From Synechocystis sp. PCC 6803 substr. PCC-P (GTDB lineage Bacteria > Cyanobacteriota > Cyanobacteriia > Cyanobacteriales > Microcystaceae), in assembly GCF_000284455.1 (NCBI RefSeq), contig NC_017039.1, forward strand, positions 3,390,001-3,422,000: a DNA stretch of 32,000 nt, in the 5' to 3' direction. The position numbers and the translations under genes are program-made. How positions within the stretch are numbered: the first letter of the stretch is position 1; each line of letters begins with the position of its first letter. The notes below the pieces were generated by a model. The model was not told the origin of the DNA, did not search any database, and saw only the letters and a list, made by a program, of their open reading frames with translations. Shown here one piece after another: positions 18,497 to 29,675 of the stretch.

Positions 18497-19719
18497 AATT
18501 TGTCGGCGTTAAGCTGTCGATATAATCTTTGCCACTGTTGCTTTAAACCGAAGGGATTGGGGCTAGTTTCTGCTTCCAAATTCCACAAACTTTCATAGAA
18601 AAAGAAGGCGGTGCCGGCAAAATTTTGATCGTCAACCCATTGAGCCTGTTGCTTAATTCTTGCTGAGGGAATAGAACGATTTTTTAGCCCGCTCAAAATG
18701 CCCACTACGACAGGAATTTCCTGCTTAGTTTGTTGCACTGAGGATTGTTGTAATTCCCCGGTAAAAGCGGCTTGTTTTTCCCGATAAACTTGTAGAACTA
18801 GCTCATTTATTACCTTTGCTTCATGCCAGGTTTGCCAATCTAGCAAAAAACAATTCTTGGAAAAAGTTTGGGGATTGGGGGAAATGGAAATGGTTAAATT
18901 TGGTTTTACCGCCTTTAAAATAGGCACTAAACTTTGCACATAACGACTAATTTTAGCCGATCGCCAATCGGTCCATTGTTGCCAAATAGGGTCGGAGCTA
19001 ACGCAGTTTTGGTTGAGATCTAACTCAGGGACTGGGAGCGGTTCCTGTCCAGTTTCTTGGCGATAAAGTGCAACGGTAATGGGATCATAGCCAAAGCTGT
19101 AGGGATAGCCAAAATGATCATCTAATTGAATACCATCCACATCGTAGCGACGGACTAAATCCACTAAAAGAGCAGTAATTAATTGTTGCACTTCGGGATG
19201 GAGCGGATTTAACCAGACCCTCGGTATAGTGCCCCCTTCCAACCAAATAGTTTCTCCTTGGGAATTAGTAGTTAACCAATGGGGATGGGCTTTAACCCAA
19301 TCACTCTCTGCCGGGGCCATAAAACCAAATTCAAACCAGGGGATAACCCGCAAAGATTTTTCTTTAGCTAAGTTAATTACCTCCCCTAACATATCCCGAT
19401 CTCCTAATTTTTCATCTTGCTTTTTTCCTAACCATTGTTGGGCCACCGCACTGGGATAAAGGGTATGGCCATCATTCCACACCGTCGGATAAAGGGTATT
19501 GAAATTAGTACTCTTCAGATCGGCGATCGCCGTTTTTAATTGGACTGGATCATAAAGAACATTACTGTCCACATTGGTTAACCAAACTCCTCGAATTTTG
19601 TTAGGAGAAGCTGAGGAATTCTGCCCAAGGAAAACCGTTGTCAGAACAACCAATAGGGCAACCAATAAAACTAGTAACCGCCACAATTTCCCACCGAGAT
19701 AATGCCAGGGAGTCCACAT
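18493..19719 (-). CDS. GHL10/DUF187-like (glycosyl hydrolase-like) exported protein
   Basis: 408 aa; N-terminal hydrophobic signal/anchor; KIRGVWLTNVDSNVLYDP, NTLYPTVWNDGHTLYPSAV, DGIQLDDHFGYP, ISISPNP. Confidence 0.85.
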   Translation of the reverse strand: MWTPWHYLGGKLWRLLVLLVALLVVLTTVFLGQNSSASPNKIRGVWLTNVDSNVLYDPVQLKTAIADLKSTNFNTLYPTVWNDGHTLYPSAVAQQWLGKKQDEKLGDRDMLGEVINLAKEKSLRVIPWFEFGFMAPAESDWVKAHPHWLTTNSQGETIWLEGGTIPRVWLNPLHPEVQQLITALLVDLVRRYDVDGIQLDDHFGYPYSFGYDPITVALYRQETGQEPLPVPELDLNQNCVSSDPIWQQWTDWRSAKISRYVQSLVPILKAVKPNLTISISPNPQTFSKNCFLLDWQTWHEAKVINELVLQVYREKQAAFTGELQQSSVQQTKQEIPVVVGILSGLKNRSIPSARIKQQAQWVDDQNFAGTAFFFYESLWNLEAETSPNPFGLKQQWQRLYRQLNADKF

Positions 19720-19721
19720 TT

Positions 19722-21311
19722 TTACAGAGGACGGTAAACTCGATAGTCAATCTTGGGGAAAATATTGTCCATAACTTCAACCTTTTCTAGCCAACCCGCA
19801 TCCACTTTATTGGCTCGAATATCATCAAACAGTTTATCGAAGCGCAACAGATGGGAACGGGTACGACGCACCGCATAGGGCACCATAGTTCCTGTCCGCA
19901 TAATAAATGCCCAGTCGGAGGATTGGGCCAACAGCAATTCCCGGGCGGCCTGGTTCAATGCTTTTTCTTCTAGTTCATCCACCGCTTCCCGATGGCTTAA
20001 TTCAATCATGCGCTCAGCAGCTTTATGCAAATGGGGATAAATCCAAGCATTGGTATCGTTAAGCCAATATTCATGGAAACCTTTATAGCCCCAACTAGAC
20101 TGGGAAGGACGACAAACCTGTTGGTGAGGATTTCCCCGCAGATAATCGGCCAGATGGGTCATCTCAAACGTGTCTTGATCAAACCAAGATTTACGGAATA
20201 AATAATCAATAAACCACGGGCCTTCGTACCACCAATGCCCAAATAATTCCGCATCGTAGGGGGACACTACTAACGGCGGCCGACCCATAATGCCCGATAG
20301 ATGACCGACCTGTTGTTGACGGTTATACATGAAATTCGAGGCGTGTTCAGCAGCCTTTTCTTTAGCCCAGTAAGGATCGTACCAAGCCTTTTCCGATAAC
20401 CCCCCATCTCGACTGGTGATTTTGTGATACTTGATGCCAATATTTTTCCGTTGCCCGTTGGGCATGATATAGGGCTTGATGTACTCATACTCCGCTTCCC
20501 AGCCCAAATCTTTATAAAACTCTCGATAAACCGGATCCCCCGGATAGCCTACCTGGGAAGACCATACCTGTTGGGAAGATTCGTGATCCCGGCCAAAGGC
20601 CGCTACTCCAGTTTCTGTAAAAATGGGAGCATAAGTGCCAAATTTTGGTCTCGGACGGGCGTATAAAATGCCATGGCCATCTACCAAGAAGTAGCGCAGA
20701 CCCGCATCGGCCAGCATTCTTTCCACCCCTTCGTAATAAGCACACTCCGGTAACCAAATGCCCTTTGGCGATCGCCCGAAGTTTTCTTCGTAATGCTCAC
20801 AAGCCACTTTAATTTGGGCCCACACCGCCTGAGGATACATTTTCATCAAAGGAAAATATCCGTGGGTGGCACCACAGGTAATAATTTCTAAATTATTACT
20901 ATCTTGAAATTGTTTAAAAGCAGTTACTAAATCACCGTCGTAACGTTCCCAAGTTTCCCGAATGGCGGCAAATTCTTTGGCGTAAAAATCAGCTAAATAT
21001 TGTAGATGGCCGTTATGTTCATTGCGAACAATTTCCTTTGCTAATAATTCCTGCAACAGAGATAAATGGGCTTCGTAACGTTGTTGCAATAGGGGATCCC
21101 GGAGCATGGAAACCAACGGCGGCGTCATGCTCATGGTAATTTTAAAATCTACTCCATCCCGCTTCAAACCTTCAAATACATGGATGAGGGGAATATAAGT
21201 TTCTGTGATGGCTTCGTATAACCATTCCTCCTCCAAAACGTAATCGCTTTCTGGGTGCCGAACGAAGGGAAGATGGGCGTGGAGGACAAGGGCAACATAG
21301 CCAAGAGCCAT
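19722..21311 (-). CDS. Glycoside hydrolase family 57 protein with DUF1957-like C terminus (candidate 1,4-alpha-glucan branching enzyme)
   Basis: LVLHAHLPFVRHPE, GIWLPECAYYEGVE, FGHWWYEGPWFIDYL. The ORF track start (21512) adds 67 non-family residues and overlaps the divergent gene; internal ATG at 21311 (MALGYVALVLHAHLPF) gives 529 aa. Confidence 0.88.
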   Translation of the reverse strand: MALGYVALVLHAHLPFVRHPESDYVLEEEWLYEAITETYIPLIHVFEGLKRDGVDFKITMSMTPPLVSMLRDPLLQQRYEAHLSLLQELLAKEIVRNEHNGHLQYLADFYAKEFAAIRETWERYDGDLVTAFKQFQDSNNLEIITCGATHGYFPLMKMYPQAVWAQIKVACEHYEENFGRSPKGIWLPECAYYEGVERMLADAGLRYFLVDGHGILYARPRPKFGTYAPIFTETGVAAFGRDHESSQQVWSSQVGYPGDPVYREFYKDLGWEAEYEYIKPYIMPNGQRKNIGIKYHKITSRDGGLSEKAWYDPYWAKEKAAEHASNFMYNRQQQVGHLSGIMGRPPLVVSPYDAELFGHWWYEGPWFIDYLFRKSWFDQDTFEMTHLADYLRGNPHQQVCRPSQSSWGYKGFHEYWLNDTNAWIYPHLHKAAERMIELSHREAVDELEEKALNQAARELLLAQSSDWAFIMRTGTMVPYAVRRTRSHLLRFDKLFDDIRANKVDAGWLEKVEVMDNIFPKIDYRVYRPL

Positions 21312-21476
21312 AGGAGTTACGCACCTGATGCGGGATAGTACAAAGTTAGCGGCTAACTTGTAGCCAATCTTATCAAAATATGGCCCGGGAAAACTTTGCC
21401 TCAGATGGCGGGGATCGAGGGGATCACTTAGCCAAGCTAGATATAATACAGCCCATAGCCTATTGCTTCCCCTGCC

Positions 21477-22169
21477 ATGCTCATTCCCCTTACCCAAGAA
21501 ACCTTCGACCAAGTGGTACCTGTTATTGCCACTGGTGCCCAGTATTCCTATGCCTGGGGTAAGGTTTATAACCTTTTGGCCAGATTACTTATTTCCCTAT
21601 TAATTGTGGTTTCCATTTGGATTGTGGGTCTAATTTTTGGCCACGGAGCCCAAGGAGTGGAATTGGTTTGCTTCATTATCGGTGGCATGTATTGGCTTTG
21701 GTGCCCCGTTTATGTGGCCAGTGTCCGCAATAGACAGTACCGTCGTTTTCCCTATGTGGGTTTTTGGCGGGGGGAAGTGTTGGATATTTTTATTACCGAA
21801 GAGGTGATTAATGAAACCCAGCAGGCGGATCAGTTTGGTCGCTTAGTGGTGGTGGAAAATATTGAGCGACGCATTAACCTAGAAGTTGGCGATCGCCAGG
21901 GATTTACAGCGGTGGTCCAAGCTCCGGTGCAAAAAACTTACAAAGCGATTCGGCCGGGCATGGTGGCGGAGATGTTGTTATTCTCCAAAAACGCCGAATT
22001 GGAACGGGTGGATAAACTCAGCGACCTCCATCTACCGGAACTGGATTTGTGGGTGGGGGATTATCCAGTGGTGCGTCGAGATATTTTTCGGGATATTAGT
22101 AATGAGTTTGGTTCCCCAATTCCCCGCCGCCGCCGTCAACCAACTCCCTCTTCCCGCCGCCTTCGTTAA
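21477..22169 (+). CDS. Conserved cyanobacterial membrane protein of unknown function
   Basis: 230 aa; two N-terminal TM helices, long soluble region, basic tail RRRRQPTPSSRRLR. Confidence 0.8.
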   Translation: MLIPLTQETFDQVVPVIATGAQYSYAWGKVYNLLARLLISLLIVVSIWIVGLIFGHGAQGVELVCFIIGGMYWLWCPVYVASVRNRQYRRFPYVGFWRGEVLDIFITEEVINETQQADQFGRLVVVENIERRINLEVGDRQGFTAVVQAPVQKTYKAIRPGMVAEMLLFSKNAELERVDKLSDLHLPELDLWVGDYPVVRRDIFRDISNEFGSPIPRRRRQPTPSSRRLR

Positions 22170-22701
22170 GTTTGATTGCGCAATTATGCTAATTTCCCGC
22201 TGTTTGGCAAAAATTCACATTTATTCATCTTTCCTTGGTCTTTTCTGGTCAATCGGTCATTTTCTCAGTTGCAACTCTGGTCGTAACCACGGCAATCGGA
22301 CAAAATCTAGTTAGTTCACTGACTGCTTATTTTCGCCTACTAATTTCTGCATAGCTCTGCCAGTAAGAGTTTAAAGTCTAATTCTTTTTAGTACAACTCT
22401 CATTTTTGTCTTAATCCCATCTTTGGCGATCGCCATAAGTAACTATACCCAGACAAGTTATTTTATTTTTGTCTCAATTTAATAAAAATAAAAACACAAA
22501 ATTTGTTTTTAGGCGTTTTAAAGACTAGAAGCAGTTTTAAAAGCAATTAAAACGAATTTAAGTTTTAAAAATAAGATTTAAGCCAGATTAATACCCCAAA
22601 CTATTTCTCCAAGACCCCAAACCTCGTTAATAATGCGATCAGCGCAGCGGAGACCACACAACCCTGAGCATTCCCCCAGAGCATTTTTAGGAGCAACTCC
22701 C

Positions 22702-23568
22702 TTGACACTGACACTTGCGGTATACGGCAAAGGCGGCATTGGTAAATCCACCACCAGTTGCAACATCTCCACAGCATTGGCAAAACGAGGCAAAAAAGTT
22801 CTCCAAATTGGTTGTGATCCCAAACATGACAGCACCTTTACCCTGACTGGCTTTCTCATCCCCACCATCATCGACACCTTGCAGGAAAAGGATTTCCACT
22901 ACGAAGACATCTGGCCCGAGGATGTAATTTACAAAGGTTATGCCGGGGTGGATTGCGTCGAAGCTGGTGGACCTCCTGCTGGAGCTGGTTGTGGCGGTTA
23001 TGTGGTGGGGGAAACAGTGAAATTGCTGAAGGAACTCAACGCCTTTGACGAGTACGACGTGATTCTGTTTGACGTGTTAGGGGACGTAGTTTGTGGTGGT
23101 TTTGCCGCCCCGTTAAACTATGCCGACTATTGTTTGATTGTTACAGACAACGGTTTTGATGCTTTGTTTGCTGCCAACCGCATCGCTGCTTCCGTGCGGG
23201 AAAAAGCCCGTACCCACAGCCTCCGCCTCGCTGGTTTGATTGGCAATCGCACTTCCAAACGGGACTTGATTGATAAATATATTGAAGCCGTACCCATGCC
23301 GGTATTGGAAATTTTGCCCCTAATTGAAGATATTCGGGTTTCCCGGGTGAAAGGCAAAACTTTGTTTGAAATGGCCGAGTCCGACCCTTCCCTAAACTAT
23401 GTTTGTGATTATTATCTGAACATTGCCGATCAAATTTTGTCCCAACCGGAAGGGGTAGTGCCCAAAGATGCCCAGGATCGGGATCTATTCAGTTTGCTGT
23501 CTGATTTCTACCTCAATCCCACCCAGCCTGCTAGCCAAACCAAAGAATTGGATTTGATGATGGTTTAG
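22702..23568 (+). CDS. chlL: Light-independent protochlorophyllide reductase iron protein ChlL
   Basis: [19 protein letters not shown]-loop, [35 protein letters not shown] at 22702 (TTG ACA CTG ACA CTT GCG) preceded by GGAG; starts 288-aa product. The 22633 ORF start is an upstream extension. Confidence 0.95.
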   Translation: MTLTLAVYGKGGIGKSTTSCNISTALAKRGKKVLQIGCDPKHDSTFTLTGFLIPTIIDTLQEKDFHYEDIWPEDVIYKGYAGVDCVEAGGPPAGAGCGGYVVGETVKLLKELNAFDEYDVILFDVLGDVVCGGFAAPLNYADYCLIVTDNGFDALFAANRIAASVREKARTHSLRLAGLIGNRTSKRDLIDKYIEAVPMPVLEILPLIEDIRVSRVKGKTLFEMAESDPSLNYVCDYYLNIADQILSQPEGVVPKDAQDRDLFSLLSDFYLNPTQPASQTKELDLMMV

Positions 23569-23575
23569 GTCTAAC

Positions 23576-23605
23576 CCCCTAAATCCCCCAATACTGGGGG
23601 ACTTA
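23576..23605. repeat. Hairpin repeat copy, CCCCTAAATCCCCAATACTGGGGGACTTAG
   Basis: Core CCCCAATACTGGGG is inverted relative to CCCCAGTATTGGGG in the copy at 24025-24042; shares CTAAGTCCCCCAG (reverse complement) with the 10125 copy. Confidence 0.7.
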
Positions 23606-23656
23606 GAATTAGATTTCTCTCGCATATTTCTTGAGGCTACGTTTAACTTATTTCCC

Positions 23657-24046
23657 ATGAAGAATTCCCATAGAATTCGTGGAACTACAAAAGAAATTGA
23701 GCAAGCGGCTCGTCTTTTAAGAAAAAATATGACGATGGCAGAGAATATTTTGTGAGAGGAATTACGAAATCGCCAAATTTTAGGCTTTAAATTTCGTCGC
23801 CAGCATCCTATTGGTAATTTCATTGTTGACTTTTATTGTCCACAATTAAAATTAATCATAGAGGTGGATGGAAGTATTCATGATAACCAACGGGAATACG
23901 ATCAATGTCGATCTGAAAAACTCAAAGAATTTGTTCATTATGTTTTACGATTTACCAACGATCAAGTTATTGATAATTTACCAAAAGTTTTAGAAAAAAT
24001 TACTCAGACAACACAAACTCTACTCCCCCCAGTATTGGGGGGTTAG
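23657..24046 (+). pseudogene. DUF559 (Vsr/PD-(D/E)XK-like endonuclease) ORF with one in-frame TGA at 23753-23755
   Basis: Read-through translation MKNSHRIRGTTKEIEQAARLLRKNMTMAENIL*EELRNRQILGFKFRRQHPIGNFIVDFYCPQLKLIIEVDGSIHDNQREYDQCRSEKLKEFVHYVLRFTNDQVIDNLPKVLEKI...; the family normally has W at the stop position (LWxELRNR). Confidence 0.88.
24025..24042. repeat. Hairpin repeat copy CCCCCCAGTATTGGGGGG
   Basis: Near-perfect palindrome; supplies the last codons and stop (PPVLGG*) of the DUF559 ORF. Confidence 0.75.
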
Positions 24047-24082
24047 GAAGGCAAAATAAAAACTATACCTAGGAGAACCTAA

Positions 24083-25495
<1,413 letters not shown>

Positions 25496-25614
25496 GTTCT
25501 AATTAGCTTCGGACTATTCTACATAGGAATAAACCATTGTCTCAGCAGGTTGAATGGCGATCGCCTGGGGCAATGGATTTCTTTAGAGATTTCAGCTATT
25601 GCCCAAAAAGCTTA

Positions 25615-26064
25615 TTAGTCTTGGGTTTTAGTTCCTATATCAACGCCACGGTATTTGATTGCTTTTCCTTTTACTTCGTTATTCTGGGCCGTATGTGTTC
25701 CAGAAGATTCATAGTCGATTCCCCGATAACATTTACTTATTTTCTCAGTTTTCTCGATGGGAACTGTTGATTTGGGCGATTCGTAACTAATGCCACGGTA
25801 ATGAAGCTCTGTATCCTTACTGTCGATAATTTGAGTATTGGGAAGATTATTTTTACTGTCAAAGCTTTGCCATAAAGGCCCAACTACAATGGCCGCCAGT
25901 ATCAGCAAGATAACTTTGATTTCCCAGGGAGCCAAGAGTAAACTTGCCAATAGATTCGCAACGGCAAAAATTACTGCCAGATGGGCAATATCATGGCGAG
26001 AACCCCACGCTTTATAACCAACTATTAAGCCGATAGTCAGGGGTAGTAAAAAGGTAAATTCCAT
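25615..26064 (-). CDS. Small membrane protein with three DUF4278-like repeats
   Basis: 149 aa; N-terminal TM helices, then YRGISYES, YRGIDYES, YRGVDIGT. Confidence 0.75.
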   Translation of the reverse strand: MEFTFLLPLTIGLIVGYKAWGSRHDIAHLAVIFAVANLLASLLLAPWEIKVILLILAAIVVGPLWQSFDSKNNLPNTQIIDSKDTELHYRGISYESPKSTVPIEKTEKISKCYRGIDYESSGTHTAQNNEVKGKAIKYRGVDIGTKTQD

Positions 26065-26188
26065 AGCTTTGCTTGATCACTTTTGCTATCTTTGATATCT
26101 TTGGCACAGTTCCCAATCCATTTTCTCTTCCTTTGTTTACCGGCTATGTATGTTGCAATACTTTTTAGCCTGATCTTGCCTATACCCA

Positions 26189-28358
<2,170 letters not shown>

Positions 28359-28374
28359 AAAGTGTTTTAAAGTT

Positions 28375-28395
28375 CCCCTAGCCCAAGGGTTGGGG
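28375..28395. terminator. GC-rich hairpin after eno, CCCC-TAG-CCC-AA-GGG-TT-GGGG
   Basis: Complementary arms read directly, 17 nt after the stop codon; no clear U-tract. Confidence 0.35.
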
Positions 28396-28550
28396 TTACT
28401 TCGGGAGATAATCAAACCATTGCCAACAGGTTCTTTTGGTTAGGTTGTTGCTTAGGATTGTCTAAAATTCCTCAGTTTTTTATTCAAGACTTAATTTTTC
28501 CCATGGTTACCCTACCGGTGAACTGTGGGAATTTTTATGCCTAACCCGTT

Positions 28551-29126
28551 CTAAGCCAAGGAAGCAATGACCTTAACTTGCCCTGTGAGGTCAACAAAAT
28601 ACAATTCCACGATTAAATCGGGGTAGCGCTCCCGGATTTGTGCCTCAGCTTGGTGTAAATAACCAGCATGGAAATTTTCCTCCGCCTGGCGATCGCCAAA
28701 GGGTTGGGCATGAACTTTAGCATAGGCTCCACAATCTTGGTGATCAAAAATAATTACCCTATTAATGTTGTGTAACTGCTTGGATAGGGCCAGTTGATCC
28801 CAAAAGGTCTCTGCTTCAGCAGGATGGGGAAAACCAGTCAAAGCCAGGGAAGCTCCAGCCAAAGCCACCCAATCATAGGCCTGGTCTAAATTTTGCTCGT
28901 TTAAAAAAGAGCGTTGATAATTAAGGAAACGAAAATCAATACAACTAAGCACTAACGCCTGAGCTTGGAATAAATTTTTCAGGACGGGGGAATTATCCAT
29001 GGAAGGGAAACCAGCTAGTAAACCACTGGCCATCAAACCCCGGAGAAAATGACGACGGGAGAAAGCATGGATTGGTGGGCAACAGCTACAGGGAGAATAA
29101 TCAGGCAAATTAACTGGTTTGGCCAT
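28551..29126 (-). CDS. Tat-signal-bearing beta-carbonic-anhydrase-like protein
   Basis: 191 aa; twin-arginine SRRHFLRGLMASGLLAG; zinc-site-like CIDFR and HQDCG. Confidence 0.8.
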   Translation of the reverse strand: MAKPVNLPDYSPCSCCPPIHAFSRRHFLRGLMASGLLAGFPSMDNSPVLKNLFQAQALVLSCIDFRFLNYQRSFLNEQNLDQAYDWVALAGASLALTGFPHPAEAETFWDQLALSKQLHNINRVIIFDHQDCGAYAKVHAQPFGDRQAEENFHAGYLHQAEAQIRERYPDLIVELYFVDLTGQVKVIASLA

Positions 29127-29213
29127 AACGAAGAAGCATGGGGAAGGAGATGATTGACGCTTGTGCTAGAATCAAACGTCAATAGATAACAGTAACAAGT
29201 CAGCCTAATTTTT

Positions 29214-29366
29214 ATTTCTTCAATACGCCCTGAATTTTCTGAACGGTGGCGTGGAGGGAACAGAAAGCGGGGGAACCAATTCTGGGGCTTATTTCTAAGT
29301 AAATTAGAAAGGAAAAACTCTCATTTCTAGCCCGTCAGCTAACCCCGTAGGCATTGAGGGAGGACT
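29214..29366 (+). promoter_or_regulatory. ydaO/yuaA-class (c-di-AMP) riboswitch aptamer in the leader of the 29676 transporter gene
   Basis: Conserved-looking blocks: TTTCTG...CAGAAA stem, GCGGGGGAACCAATTCTGGGG, then AGCCCGTCAGCTAACCCCGTAGGCATTGAGGGAGGA; order and orientation match the ydaO/yuaA consensus as I remember it. Confidence 0.8.
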
Positions 29367-29594
29367 AATAAATCATCATTGTTTAACGATGTTTTGACTT
29401 TATTCAGGAACTCAGCTACAGACGCGACTGTTATTTCATCCTGTTCTAAATAAAGTTGAGATTGATGATGGAAGAATCTTTTCATTAATTTTTGTTCATA
29501 TTTGCCACTGGCTGGGGAAAAGTTTTTGACTCCTCGTTTTGTGCCAGTTACAGCCTAGTTATGTCGTGGCCTAGTTTTTTGTGGACTAAAAACC

Positions 29595-29654
29595 ATGGCT
29601 ACTGCCTTTGGGCTAATTCTTTTGCAATTTTTACTTAATCACGGCTTAGTTTAA
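29595..29654 (+). other. Short upstream ORF in the transporter leader
   Basis: ATG...TAA encoding MATAFGLILLQFLLNHGLV, ending 21 nt before the main ATG; weak RBS context. Confidence 0.25.
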
Positions 29655-29675
29655 TTTTAATCTTCCGGAGGTTTT

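Noticed and set aside
19722-21512. 596-aa version of the GH57 ORF
   Set aside because: The first 67 residues are not GH57-like and overlap the divergent gene at 21477; ATG at 21311 starts the conserved LVLHAHLPF region.
22633-22701. N-terminal extension of ChlL
   Set aside because: Family proteins begin at (M)[11 protein letters not shown]; a GGAG-preceded TTG at 22702 fits better than the upstream start.
25537-25770. 77-aa plus-strand ORF downstream of chlN
   Set aside because: Overlaps the better-supported minus-strand DUF4278 protein; no motif.
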